In this document: in pieces, positions 25,338 to 38,436 of the stretch
Numbering within the stretch: the stretch's first letter is position 1
Layout: the number at the start of each line of letters is the position of its first letter
Assembly (NCBI GenBank): GCA_951406725.2
Contig: OX597820.1
Coordinates: forward strand, 30,566,001-30,630,000
DNA length: 64,000 bases
From: Octopus vulgaris
Taxonomy: Eukaryota
Reading direction: 5' to 3'
Translations under genes and position numbers: made by a program
The notes under the pieces: model-generated
Seen by the model: only the letters and a program-made list of their open reading frames with translations
Database searches by the model: none
Told to the model about the DNA's origin: nothing

Positions 25338-25595
25338 CTTTTGCTCTATTTCTACTTCTTCTCTGTGTCTCTGCCTGTCTGTCTCTCTTGTATCCTCCCA
25401 TCCATTCACATGTCATTCATTATTGTCAGCCACCACACTCATTCTCTTCTATCACACTCTATTTCTTTTCCAATCATCTCTCTACTTTCTCCACTCGCCC
25501 CTCTCCCATATAAAGAAGCAGCAGTGACGATTGAGTGAGTTGTAACTATGATCGCATGTAAACAAATACATATAAACAAAGAGACACTTTCACTA

Positions 25596-25687
<92 letters not shown>

Positions 25688-26343
25688 CAGTGGTAAAGTA
25701 AAATCAAAGAGCTTGATGAACTCAGAGGTTCAAGAGAGTCTGGAGAAGGACATGGAAGTTGAATAATCTCTCAGCCAGATATAAGTTCAAAGGAGTGTTA
25801 GGTGACATGTATGTGATAGAAAGAAGAGATGGTGGAAGAGGAAGTAGAGGAAAAAGGGGAGAACAAAGAAGAGACAGAAGCAGGGAAGGAATGGAGGGCA
25901 ATGAAAGGGAAAAAGAGGAGGAAGAAGAAGAGAGGGAGGAGGAAGAGGAGACAGAATAGGAGAAGAACAGGATATAGAAGAGAGAAGAAGGAGGTTGATG
26001 TGGATGTGGAGTAAGAGGAGGGAAGGTAAATGTTGAAGAAGAGGAAGATGAGGGGGAAGCAGATGAGGACAAGGAGATGAAGGAAGAAGTAGAGGGGGAG
26101 TATGGTGAGATAAAGACCTATAACAGGAATGGGAGTTTCTATGAGACAACAATCAATGAGTTATATCAATGCAGGTTATATCAATGGAGCTTGGATCCAG
26201 CCAGAGAGAAGATGACGTGGTGGCAGATTGGTGCAGTAGAGAGAACTACAAGAGCTAAGTGACAGGCTTATGAAGAATGGAAGAAAGAGTTCCTCAAAGG
26301 ACAATATCAGGTAGCTAGAATGGAAGCTGAATATCAGGTCTAC

Positions 26344-26564
26344 GAGGCGGCAAGCTGGCAGAATCGTTAGCACACTGGGCGAAATGCTTAGCAGTATTTC
26401 GTCTGCCGTTACGTTCTGAGTTCAAATTCTGCTGAGGTTGACTTTGCCTTTCATCCTTTCGGGGTCAATTAAATAAGCACCGGGGTTGATATAATCGACT
26501 TAATCCGTTTGTCTGTCCTTGTTTGCCCTCTCTGTGTTTAGCCCCTTGTGGGTAGTAAAGAAAT
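26344..26564 (+). mobile_element. SINE family B with 8-bp TSD
   Basis: TSD AGGTCTAC at 26336-26343 and 26565-26572. Confidence 0.85.
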
Positions 26565-27149
26565 AGGTCTACTTAACAAGGAAGGAAATAGAAAGTACCT
26601 CATTTTCTGGCATACAAGTCAAATTTTCCAGGCCAAAATTTACAACCGAGATAGGTTGACTTATACAACAAAATGACTTTGAAGGAACAAAAGTGCCATG
26701 TGAAATACAGCAGGACTTGGAAAGGTAGTGACACTGTATGAATGTTTACACTTATATATTTACAGTATATACGACATTGATTTGCATCCCAGAAACTACT
26801 GTATGATTTTTTCAATATTCTACAATGCAAGATATTAAAGATTGCAAAATAGCTTGTGAATATAAATAGAACATGATTGGTGAAAACTGTGTACTTAATG
26901 ATTATAGTGCATTCACCTTCATTGATGCTGAGTAGAAAGGAGAAAGGAAATGTTGCTATGAGAGGTTGCTAAATGAGAAGAATGCATAGGAGAGAGAGAG
27001 GGATTACCTTAAGTAGAGCTAACAAGTCCAGTAACTGAAATAGCCAGCTATACAGTTGGAAGGGTGATTAAGAATATGAAGACAGAGAAAACAGCTGAAT
27101 TATTAAAGATAGTCACTGAGGTGCTAGACATATCCAGTCGCATAGAATT

Positions 27150-27375
27150 TATATTGGCCCACAAGGGGTTAAACATAGAGGGGACAAACAAAGACAGACA
27201 AAGGGATTAAGTCGATTACATTGACCCCAGTGCATAACTGGTACTTTATTTATCGACCCCGAAAGGATGAAAGGCACAGTCGACCTCGGCAGAATTTGAA
27301 CTCAGAACATAACGGCAAACGAAATACCACTAAGCATTTTGCCTGGCACGCTAACGTTTCTGCCAGCTCACTACT
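27150..27375 (-). mobile_element. SINE family B (minus)
   Basis: GACCCCGAAAGGATGAAAGGC..GTCGACCTCGGCAGAATTTGAACTCAGAAC. Confidence 0.85.
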
Positions 27376-27914
27376 TTAATAGTCAATGGCCACTTATATA
27401 GTCAATAAGGTTGTAGAGGAAATGTCCATTCCCAATGACTAACATAGCAATATCATAAAGAACTGTTTCAAAAGCAAAGGAAATTTTCTTGAAATAAGTA
27501 ATACAGAGACTAAAGTGATGGTCCAACTTATGAAAGTACAAGAACACATCAATGAATAATATCTCAACTAATTTGGAAGATATTGGTTTAGTTAAAATGC
27601 AATTCAGGTTTATGTCACAACAGGGTTCAATTGATGCCCTTCGTTGTGAAAACAGCTGCGGAAGTTCTAAGCAAGGAGCAAACCATTAATACCTTAGCAT
27701 TCATTAATAAGGGAAAACTTTTGACAAGTTATCATGCTTTGTAGTTAGGTAGTTGCTAAGAAAACTTATTTAAATGGCTTATGAGACCCATACAAGTCAT
27801 AGGATACTGTTGGCAAGGTGAAAGGAATGAGTTCAGAGAGCAATTTATTTTTTGCAAAATGTTTATTAAAGTTTGTTTCTCAGCCCCTTCATGTTTATTA
27901 TAATACTCCAGGTA

Positions 27915-28290
27915 AGGCAGCAAGCTGGCAGAATTGTTATCTCACCGGGTGAAATGCTTTGCGGTATTTCGTCTGCCGTTACGTTCTGAGTTCAAATTCC
28001 ATCGAGGTCAACTTTGCCTTTCGTCCTTTAGGGGTTGATTAAGTAAGTACCAGTTATGCACTGGGGTCGATATCGACTTAATCCATTTGTCCTCTCTGTG
28101 TTTAGTCCTTTGTGGGTAGTAAAGAAATAGGTATTTCATCTGCTGCTACATTCTGAGTTCAAATTCTGCTGAGGCTGACTTTGCTTTTCATCATTTTGGG
28201 GTTGATAAATTAAGTACAAGTTAAAGGGGTCAATATAATTAACTCATCCCCTCCCCAAAAATTGCTGCCCTTGTGGCAAAATTTGAAACC
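27915..28290 (+). mobile_element. SINE family B, tandem/dimeric copy
   Basis: Two successive GTTCAAATTC...ACTTTGC.TTTC.TC units. Confidence 0.75.
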
Positions 28291-29199
28291 ATTACAATAT
28301 TCCAGGTCATAACAGGAAATTTTAAAACAAATGATTGTGAAATTGGGGACATCTGTATGCATATGGCTCAGTTATTTTAGTCTTTCTAAGATTTAAAGAA
28401 GAAATTTCAAATGTAAAAGAAAAGCCTAGGAATTAGAGACCTCAAATTAAAACTAGTAAAGATAAAAGTTTAATTTAGCAGAGGTAAAAGTAGGATTATA
28501 TTGACATGTGGAAAGTTGCCAAGCTGATGCTTGGCAGCTTCACAGATGCAGAAAAGGAGTAGGTGAGAATTTTTTCAATGTCTTAGCTGGAGGAGAAAGG
28601 GCAGCAGTCCCAACACTTTCCATGGTTTTTGAGACTGGTAGAAGGAAAGGAGGAAGATATCAGGGTCCTGGACTAAACACTCGCAACAGGCACCCAAGGG
28701 CAAGATGAACAGATACTCCATGCAGTTTCTTGATTTTCATCAATAATAATGGTGCAGTTGCACTAGAAGTCCTTCAGTAGTATTGAACCAGAAACCTCAA
28801 AGTTCCAAAGCAAACATCTTAACCATGCAGTCATTGCTGTGCCTAGTTCAGTTACATCTCACACAGCAGCTAACATTGAAATATTATAATTCTGACAAAT
28901 TAACTTGACTTCATTATTAAAGTAAATAACTGTCAGAATGATGTGGATGCATCTGATGGGAATCCAATAAGGATTGAAAATCAATTATGTTTGTTTATCA
29001 TTTTAATGGCGGTGCATCAGCATGGCCACAGCTCTGAGCTGAAACTACAGAAAAAATAAATCAACTCACTTTCTCTTAATTCTGGAGTATTTCAGTTTTT
29101 GAGTGCTTCACACTTGTAAGCTGAGAAACATAATTATATACCAAACATGTGTTTATAAAAGCCTAACATATGTATACATTTAAATTTATATGTATATAT

Positions 29200-29359
29200 G
29201 TGGCTGTATGGTAAGAATCTTGCTTCCCAATCACATGGTTCTGGGTTCAATCCAACTGCATAGCACCTTGGGCCAACCAAAACCTTATGAGTGGATTTGG
29301 TAGAAGGAAACTGAAACAAGTCCATCATATATATGTATATATGTATGTATATATGTATG

Positions 29360-29451
<92 letters not shown>

Positions 29452-29645
29452 CATACATATATCTTTGTGTCTGTGTTTGTTCCCTCCCACCACTTGACAA
29501 CCAGTGATGGTGAGTTTACATCTCTGTAACTTTGCAGTTTGACAAAAGAGACTGATAGAATAAGTACCAGGTTTGAAAAAAAGATAAGTCCTGAAGTTGA
29601 TTTGTTCAACCAAAACCGCTCAAGGCATGGTTGCAATCAAACGAC
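29200..29645 (+). mobile_element. SINE family A with expanded internal (TA)n
   Basis: Head and tail homologous to the 3823 copy. Confidence 0.75.
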
Positions 29646-29742
29646 TGTTGGTAGTTCATTGTCTTGACCAATTCCTCCTGGCCCATATTCTCTATCAGAG
29701 TGAGTTCTCAAACCATGACATTGTGATGGTGTATAATGTGTA

Positions 29743-30097
29743 CTAGCAGTATAGCCCAGCATTGCTCGAGCTTGTTTTCTTTTCGACCCTTTAGAATTGG
29801 AATTTTTGAAAAGTAAAAATTTTGCCTCATGTAGCTTGTTATTATCTTTAAGTGAACATTTTTCTGGTTGAAATACACCGAAAAATGGCAACACAGCAGT
29901 AAAAAAATCGTAAAAAATAGGGATTTTCATAGAAAAAAAGCACCTTTTTGATGTAAATAATTTTTGGTGTTCACATGGTTCTTTTATCATACTCTCAATT
30001 TTGGTCAACTTGCACTGCAGAGTCTCAGAAGAGATAGTGTTAGTTGAAGGCTACCAAACCTGCCACACACAGACAACTTCAGCTTTATATATATAGA
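29743..30097 (-). mobile_element. Non-autonomous Helitron (subfamily 2)
   Basis: Minus strand TCTATATATATAAAGC...CTCGAGCAATGCTGGG-CTATACTG-CTAG, at an A|T site. Confidence 0.8.
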
Positions 30098-30099
30098 TT

Positions 30100-31130
30100 A
30101 CAATTGGAGAAATTACCAGTATTGTGTATGTCTGCTTCTTCTATACATTGAATGTTTTCACAGTACCCAGCCCTAGCTAAAGCAGCATTATAATAAGTTG
30201 CGTGTGATTCGAAAATTTTATTATTAGCGGATAATCTAGAAATTCTTGTAGAAATACTCTTAACTAATCCCCATATTATTGAGAGTGGATGGTTGGATGT
30301 TACATTTATGTACTTAATATGATCATTTGGCTTATGAAATGGTTCAAATAATCCAGTATCAAGACAGAAGGCAGTGTCAAGAAAATTTAGTCTATGATAA
30401 TCCTTTCCCATCGTAATGTTTAGTCCTAAATTTTTTTTTAAATCTAAAAAAATTTTTCCTATGTCTTTCTAGTTGTACTTTGCTATTTCTGACCAGAAAA
30501 AATAAGGCATTATCCCTAAATAGACCTCCTGTTACTTCCAGAAAGGAAGACTGGATTAATGAAAGGATATATATTCTGACTAGGTCTGTGACCTGTGCAG
30601 TCAGATGATCCCATTGCTATATCAAAAACCATTCTCCCTATCTAATTTACTCCATAATCTACCATCAAAATCCACTAAAGTGGCTTGTGTGGCAAGTATT
30701 ATATCAATTTTGCATTGGGACAAATTGGAATTTCTCATGCTATAAATCAGGGCTTGATTAAGAAGTTTAAACCATCCAACCACCTCTTGAGAATCAGACC
30801 AGAAAGCTAATCTAATTTTAGATTGAAAGGTGAGTATCACCCTATCAATGATTTTTTTAATTAATAATACCTTTATCAGATTTCGAAGTACAAATCAATC
30901 TAACTGAGGGGTCAATAAGGAAGTTAAGTTTATGGTTCTTAAGCATAATCTGGGGTTTTCTAGGGATGTATCACTCAGTTCTATCATCTATAGCTAAATC
31001 TCTAACAATTTGTAACCCTGTATTGTTAATCCTTTTTAGTATGTCGTTTCTAATGTGTCCATATTTGTTGTGTAATTCCTTCCTAATCACAGATTTATAT
31101 AACTCAATACCAACAATGTAAATTCATTTT
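30100..31130 (-). mobile_element. Penelope-like element RT remnant
   Basis: FDIAMGSSD..QVTDLV.IYIL, GLFRDNAL, FLDTAF.L....EPFHKPNDHIKYINVTSNHP.SI...ISTRISRLS...YNAAL..AGY. Confidence 0.8.
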
Positions 31131-31716
31131 AGCACATGGTTTTCTCTCAGACTTTTACATTGCTCGCTTCACTGCTGTTATTAACACTCCCCATATGCAC
31201 AGCTAAACTAAAAAGATTTTTCTCATTTTAATCGCTTCATTCATCCATTCATCTAATCCATAATACTAAAATGTACTATCCCCTAAAACCTTAATGGTTT
31301 CATCACTGTTCTCTAGTAAACTGGCCATGTGTATTTTCTCTTGCTTTAATCACCTCATTCATTCATCTAAACCATAATACTAACAAACATTATTTTTCCC
31401 TAAAACATTATTTTCCTTTCTCTTACTGTTTCATAATGTTTTCATTGTTATTCTCAAGTAAAAATTTACCTGCTTGTCTGCAATGCACCCACATATACTG
31501 GATATTTATCCTCAATACCGGAAATCTATCCTTAATACCGGAAGCCACTACAGGGCTCTATCTAGCTGCTATACCTGAAGAATTGTATACCTTTGCCCTC
31601 CTTTCTCTCCACCAAAAATCGCCCACACTCCTGCATGCTCCAAAAAGATATGTTATTTAGTAAAATATTAGTAAATCAACAAACCACCTACATACATACA
31701 TACATACATACATACA

Positions 31717-31747
<31 letters not shown>

Positions 31748-31864
31748 GCTTACATTACACTCACCCCAATAGGGGCAACAATTTTAACATGTTTGAATGA
31801 TGATAGATTAAAGCGAGAACAACTGATGTGGCATGTCTGTTATCAAGCGATCAACTGAAACCTT

Positions 31865-33740
31865 TTCAGGTGCTGAATACCATCACTCCTTCCCATATTA
31901 CTTTCCAGGTCCCTTTCCCAGTTTTCTGAGTTAGCACTGTCAATGTAGGCACATTGAAAGGTAGATCTAACAAGATTGATGAGATGCTTGAATGGAGGCA
32001 TGTCAATGTATGCTGCATCCAAGAGGTAAGGTGAAGAAGAGCTTCAGCTAGGTTCCTCACAGGCAAGACACATAGGTATAAAATCTTCTGGGAAGGTAAC
32101 AGTGACAGGATAGGTGGTGTGGGCATACTTCTTGCTGAGAAACGGGTGGATAAGGTCATAGAGGTAGTCAGAGTGTGAAATAGAGTGCTTAAGCTCAGGG
32201 TAGTCTTGCAGAATAGTATAGCGACAATAATTTTTGCCTCTGCCCCACAAGCAGGCCTACCAAATGAATAGGACCACTTTTACAATATTCTTCAGCAGGC
32301 TACCTCAAAGACGAGTGACAATGATCTCATCTTTGTGACTGGGGATTTCAATGAGTATGTTGGACAGCAGACTGATATCTTCCATGGTGTCCATGGAAGC
32401 CATGGAATTGGTCCCCCAGACAAAGAGGGAACAAGGAATACTGGAGTTCTGTGATGCAAATAACCTATTGATCTGCAACACCAGCTTCAGAAAGCCAGCC
32501 AGTCACCTGATAACCGACCAATCAGGTGACTGTGCTAGCCAGATCGATTACATTCTTACTAGACAGTGAGATATATGGCTGCTCTTAAATGCAAAGACCC
32601 TCCTTGGTGAAGAATGTACCCCACAGCATAGACTAGTCATTAGTAATTTTAGACTCCAAGCCAGAAGATTGCCAAGAAGCAGACCAATCTGGAAAAGAAG
32701 GCTTTAGAATTTTAAAGACCCTTCATATGGTCAGAGTTTTAGGGACATCCAAATTAAGAAATTTGATAAGCGGGAGAAGGATAGTCAAAGAGTTTTGACA
32801 TAGAGGACAACTTGAAATTCCTGCAGGACAGCCTGCTGAGTGCCACATATCAAATTTGTGTTGGTACAAAGTCCCATCCAGACCTAGGGTAACATGGTGG
32901 TGGAACAATGTGGTAGACAGGGCCATCAGAGCAAAGAAACAGGCCTAGAAGGTTATTTTCATTACCATGTTGGGGAAGAGTTGGGGTAGCAGGAAACTGT
33001 ATCAGATAGCCAGAAGGGAAGCTAGGAAACAGGTATATCTAACCTAGGAAGAAGCAGGAAAGAAGTTTACCTATGTTCAGCGATGTGAGGACCAAAGAAC
33101 TGAAGTGTTTCGGATTGTAAGACAGAGTGTGAGAGGAAATCATGATTTCATAGGAGAGAAATGTGTCTACATGGATGATGGTGCACTTGAATTTAATGAT
33201 TCTGCAAAGAAAGAGGCTTGGAAGTGTCATAATGAAAGACTGCTGAATGTGGAGAATGAATGGGAGGAGGAGAGCCTGCCAAATGTTAACCTAGTTGAGG
33301 GATCAGCTACCCAAATCGATAGCACCCTGGTACATAAAGCAATTAAGGATATGAAGTCAGGGAAAGCCCCCTGCCCATCAGTGATCATTGCTTAAAATAT
33401 CTGGCAGTATGGGTTATGATCTAGTCACCTGTATTGTAAATCAGGTGGTTCAAGAAGTTGTACCCAATGACTGGTGCAACAACACTATAGTCAACTGCTG
33501 CAAAGGTAACAGTGATGACTTAAATAGAAATAATTACAGAGGTATCAAATTGTTGGATCAGGTGATGAAAGTTATGGAGATAGTCATAGCCCAACTAATT
33601 AGGGAGAGAGTTAGCTTAGATGAGATGCAGTTTGGTTTTGTGCCAGGGAGAAGCACCACTGATGCTATATTTCTGGTAAAGCAGCTGCTGGAGAAATATA
33701 TAGCCAAAGATAAACTTCTGTGCTTGGCCTTTGTTGATCA
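31865..33740 (+). mobile_element. RTE-clade LINE (APE plus N-terminal RT), degenerate, 3'-truncated
   Basis: NVGTLKGRS...CCIQEVR...GGVGILL; SQIDYIL; YRGIKLLDQVMKVME...MQFGFVPGRSTTDAIFLVKQLLEK...LAFVD. Confidence 0.9.
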
Positions 33741-34061
33741 TACTAATTTCATATCTTCCCAGTTTTTCTTCATCCTCTACATTTAATACTTATACCTTAC
33801 TGCCATGCTGCCTTAAACTTGGTTCACAAGCATCATAGAATCTGCCCTTCACTCAGATAGAGAATCCTCAGCCAAGAGAGGTAAAAGCTCTGTATATTTT
33901 TTCCATTCCATTCTTGCTTCAGCCTGCTTTCAAAACCCCTGCTTTCACAACTAATCAGCTCACTTGATAACAAAAGGCAGAAAGCTTTCCTTTCTGAATA
34001 AAATGAAAAAAAGAATATTAATCACTGACTAATACTGTTTTTATTTTCCTTAACACATAAG

Positions 34062-34495
34062 TAGGTGTAGGAGTGACTGTGTGGTAAGTAGCTTGCTTAC
34101 CAACTACATGGTTTCGGGTTCAGTCCCACTGTGTGTCACCTTGGGCAAGTGTCTTCTACTATAGCCTTGAGCCAACTAAAGACTTGTGAATGGATTTGAT
34201 AGACGGAAACTGAAAGAAGCTCGTCGTATATATGTATAAATATACATATATGTGTGTGTGTGTGTGTGTGTGGATACGTTTGTGTGTCTGTGTTTGTCCT
34301 CCCAACATCGCTTGACAACCAATGCTGGTGTGTTATGTACCCGTAACTTAGCGATTCGACAAAAGAGACCGATAGAATAAGTACTAGGCTTACAAAGAAT
34401 AAGTTCTGGGGTTGATTTGCTTGACTAAAGGCAGTGCTCCAGCATGGTCACAGTCAACTGACTGAAACAAGTAAAAGAGTAAAAGAGTAAAAGAG
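34062..34495 (+). mobile_element. SINE family A
   Basis: Full head, body and (AGTAAAAG)n tail. Confidence 0.85.
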
Positions 34496-34736
34496 AGAGA
34501 GTCATAGTTGGTTTTTTCCTGAATTCACATTTAACAGAAAAAAGAAAAGATAGAAATTTTAAAAAAAGTAATTGGTTCATTGTGATGAAAATAACCTTAC
34601 CCAAAGGAAAACTATGGACTATCAAGTGGAAGAATATACTTTGTCAACCCTCCAAATTTATATGATTTTACAACATAAATTTGTGACATGCTCACTTCAG
34701 GAACTGAAAACTTTTACAGACTAGCAATGGCAGCCT

Positions 34737-35340
34737 TAATCCTTTTGGTGTCAACCTGTCTGAGACTGGTCTTGGTTCTATGACATAAACTTCCTATTTT
34801 AAAATGATCTAGATTAAAATCTACCACAATTTCATACTGTTTACTCTTTACTCTTTTACTTGTTTCAGTCATTTGACTGCTGGAGCACCGTCTTTAGTTG
34901 AGCAAATTGACCCCCAGGACTTATTCTTTGTAAGCCTAGTACTTATTCAATTGTTCTCTTTTTGCTGAACCACTAAGTTATGGGGACGTAAACACACCAG
35001 TGTCAGTTGTCAAGCGATGTTGGGGGGACAAACACAGACACACAAACATATGCACACACATACATATACATATATATGACAGGCTTCTTTCAGTTTCCGT
35101 CTACCAAATCCACTCACAAGGCTTTGATCGGCTTGAGGCTATAGTAGAAGACACTTGCCCAATGTGCCATGCAGTGGGAATGAACCTGGAACCATGTGGT
35201 TGGTAATCATATTAATTTATGTTCCAAACACCAACCTAACAATAACAACTTTATTTTATTGAATTCTTCATTGGTTTCAAAATCAATAAATTGAAGCAAA
35301 GGCAGTGTATTTCAACCGAAATATGGTGCTGAAAGAGTTA
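34737..35340. mobile_element. piggyBac-type MITE interrupted by a minus-strand SINE A (34838-35205)
   Basis: Degenerate termini TTAATCCTTTTGGTGTC ... GGTGCTGAAAGAGTTA. TCATA is repeated around the SINE. Confidence 0.5.
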
Positions 35341-35799
35341 GAGTTAGGCCTTATTGAATCTGACGTGACAGAATTATGAATGATGTCTGTTAATTTGGAA
35401 TATGTTTAGTACTTCAAATTCGAGATCTGTTTATTTTAATATTATTATTTTGGAAAATCTCAAATCAATTGGGATTCTTTCAAAATTTTTAATTATTTAT
35501 GGTGACAGAAAATCATCTGTGACTGCAGTATCTTAATGATATGAATGAACAATTAGAGAGGAATATTATTGCTGATTTCTAAACTTTTGGTCACGTGAAA
35601 TGGGACTGCATTTTATCAGCTTATCTCTGAGCTGTTTTGAACAGATGTATCAGAATCATTTAATCATTTTAATCAACAACAGACCTACAGGGAACTGAAG
35701 CAAAAAGTCAAAAGAGGGATACTTAACTGAGAGCAACAATTTATTTTTGACATTGTTATAAATGCTATACAATAGAAAAATTCATATTCAAGTATCTTT

Positions 35800-36260
35800 T
35801 ATTTATTAATGGTCCTACTACTTTGGAATGACACATTTCAGTCAAGCACTCATTGTATATGTGGAAGCATGTTTAGACCAACCAGTTTTCACTGCTGCAT
35901 CATACAAATAGCTGGACAGCATTGTTCTACAAAAGTGGCTCTACAGCTCATTCAACTTTCCATGTTCCAGTTTTCATTAACTGCAATTCTATTTGTAATC
36001 TTGATATCTACTGCAAATTGGCAAATATAATTTGAGGCAGAAGTGCTTCATCTATTGGGATGAAGCACTACAAATGTTGAAATATGCGTATGAGGTTGCA
36101 TAATCTTTTGTGAATGATCTAGATATTCTTGGGAATAAAATGGTACTCCTATGCAATTTTTTGACAAACATTTTTTCTTAAAAAATGATTGGGTTGTCAT
36201 TGTAGACATAGTCATTCTTCATTATGATAGAATTTTACCATAGTTAAGAAGTTTGCTTCT
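35800..36260 (+). pseudogene. Helitron RepHel PIF1-helicase remnant, N-terminal part
   Basis: Frameshifted hand translation AAS...SGSTAHSTFHVP, then WDEA, then GNKMVLL..F*Q, matching PIF1 motifs GG.TAHS.F.IP / IIWDEA / FGGK.V.L.GDFRQ. Confidence 0.6.
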
Positions 36261-36519
36261 TAACCCCTTGACAACGGTTGACTCAAATATACAATCACAC
36301 TTTTGCTTGCCTATCCGTGGTTAACGTAAATATACAATGTAGAGCTGCCCTACATCTTTCGCGGACTTTTTAGCGGCTGAAGTATGTTTACATTTGCTAT
36401 CTTGTACTTTATCTCTTGAGGTGCGTGCACTCACCATCCCATGCATTATCTTAGCTATTTTAGGTTATGTTTAAGTCATGAGACTAGCAGTAGACCAATG
36501 ACATGCAGATGGTTTACAT

Positions 36520-36722
36520 GCATAATGGTTTACGTGCAGGTGGCATGTAAAAAGCACCCACTACACTCACGGAGTGGTTGGCGTTAGGAAGGGCATCCAG
36601 CCATAGAAACACTGCCAAATCTGACGGCCTGATGAAGCCTTCCGGCTTCACAGACCTCAGTTAAACCGTCCAACCCATGCTAGCATGGAAAACGGACGCT
36701 AAATGATGATGATGATGATGAT
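36520..36722 (+). mobile_element. RTE 3'-end copy (family C)
   Basis: GGCGTTAGGAAGGGCATCCAG...(GAT)n. Confidence 0.8.
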
Positions 36723-36869
36723 GAATACCATGTTTTGAATTGTACCACACGCAAGCTATTTTTTTAACTTGAGCAGAATAACTTGTGTATATCATATTAT
36801 GATAGATAGCCTCACATAGTTCGTTTTCATAAACCGCTAGACATAAATGTACAACGCTATGTTATTATA

Positions 36870-38385
36870 ACAGTGAACTTTTATTTTACATGCGAACATT
36901 AACTCTGCAAGTGACTTTCCCGAATTAGTATTTGAATTTGGTGTTATGCTATATTCTCTCAAAAACTTTGTTAGTGTCTCATCATTATCTAGCTTGTTCC
37001 TGGCTTTTCTTGAAGCTCTTTTGAACATGTTGACAAATCTTTCCACCTGCCCATTTGACCTCAGGTGGTAGGGTGGGGTAAAGATGTGCTTTATGGCATG
37101 TATTTTGCAGAAATTTCTTAATTCATATCCCGTGCATTGTATTCCATTATCTGAAACTAACGTGTCTGGAACACCATATCAAGCAAATAACTCAAGTAGG
37201 AACTTTATTGTTGTCTTTGCTGTGGGTTTATTACATCTGCATACCTCTGGCCATTTTGTGTAGCTATCCACAATGATTAAATAGTATGCATCAATCACTG
37301 GTTTGGCCTAGTCGATATGTACTTGGACCATGGGCTCTCAGTCTCCAGCCACAATTGGTATTTTACTGGTGGTGCATTGGTTGCCAACACACAGCCTCTA
37401 TATGCTTTCACCAATTTCTCAATGTCGCTGTCCATAGTTAACCAATAGACAAAGCTCCTCATTAAAGCTTTCATTCTGGACATTCCTGGGTGCCCACAGT
37501 GGAATTGTTGTAATACTTGTTTCTGTGGTGCACTTGGTACTCACTGTGTGTGCATTAAGACATCGTTGCATAGTGAGAAATTATTCAAATTTGTATTTTT
37601 ATTATGCTTATTTTTCAATGTTTCTTTCATTCTTTTAATGTAACTACCCTCTATGGATTTCATTTTTATATCATGCGCTGTCACCGGCAGTTCCTGGATT
37701 ATATTACATACAATACTTCTTACTTCATTTTCTGACTGCAATGTTGCTATCATGGTCTCTTCTAGTGGTTCCACGCTCTTGGGAATTAGCTTCAATAAGC
37801 AATCTGCATGACCAATTTTCTTCGATGGAATATACTGCATCTTAAAATTGTAGTACAGCAATATTGTACCTCAGCATTGTAGTCAGTTCACTGTATGGTT
37901 AAGTAATCCCCTTTTTGATCCAAAAATTGACAGTAATGGCTGAAGGTCAGCCTGTAACAAAAAGACTTCTATCATGTTCATTCGAGGATTGAAATGCACT
38001 AGTGACAAGTCAGAAATTAGTATTTTCTTTATGTCTTCAAATGCGTTTTGGCACTTTACTGACCAATTCCATTTTACTTTTTATTAGTCTGTTGTTTAAT
38101 GGTGCTCTCAATTTATGTATATTTGGAAAGTACTGTTGATAGTAATTTACTAGGCCAAGGAAGGCTTGTAATGTCAGTATATTCATTGGCGGAGGCATAT
38201 TCTTGACTGTGTCTGCCCTCGACAGGTCAGGATGTCTTCCATTCTTATCTATGATTTGACCTAGGTCTTTGATTTTGGAACAAAAAAATTCACAATTCTC
38301 TTCACTGAGTGTGAAACCATAATCCTTAATTTTTTTAAAGACACATTTCATGTGTTTGATATGCTCAATCTGTGATTCACTTTTG

Positions 38386-38436
<51 letters not shown>

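Larger units (their letters stand above)
25690..28560 (+). mobile_element. Heavily decayed RTE LINE interrupted by SINEs and a GA-rich tract
   Basis: TWWQ...RAK*QAYEEWK and YQVARMEA..QVY resemble 32890-33040. An MQFRF...GSIDA motif lies near 27600. Confidence 0.55.

Noticed and set aside
31570-31660. CTGAAGA...AAAAGATATGTT possible hammerhead next to the Penelope RT
   Set aside because: GAAAC is absent and stems I and II do not pair convincingly.
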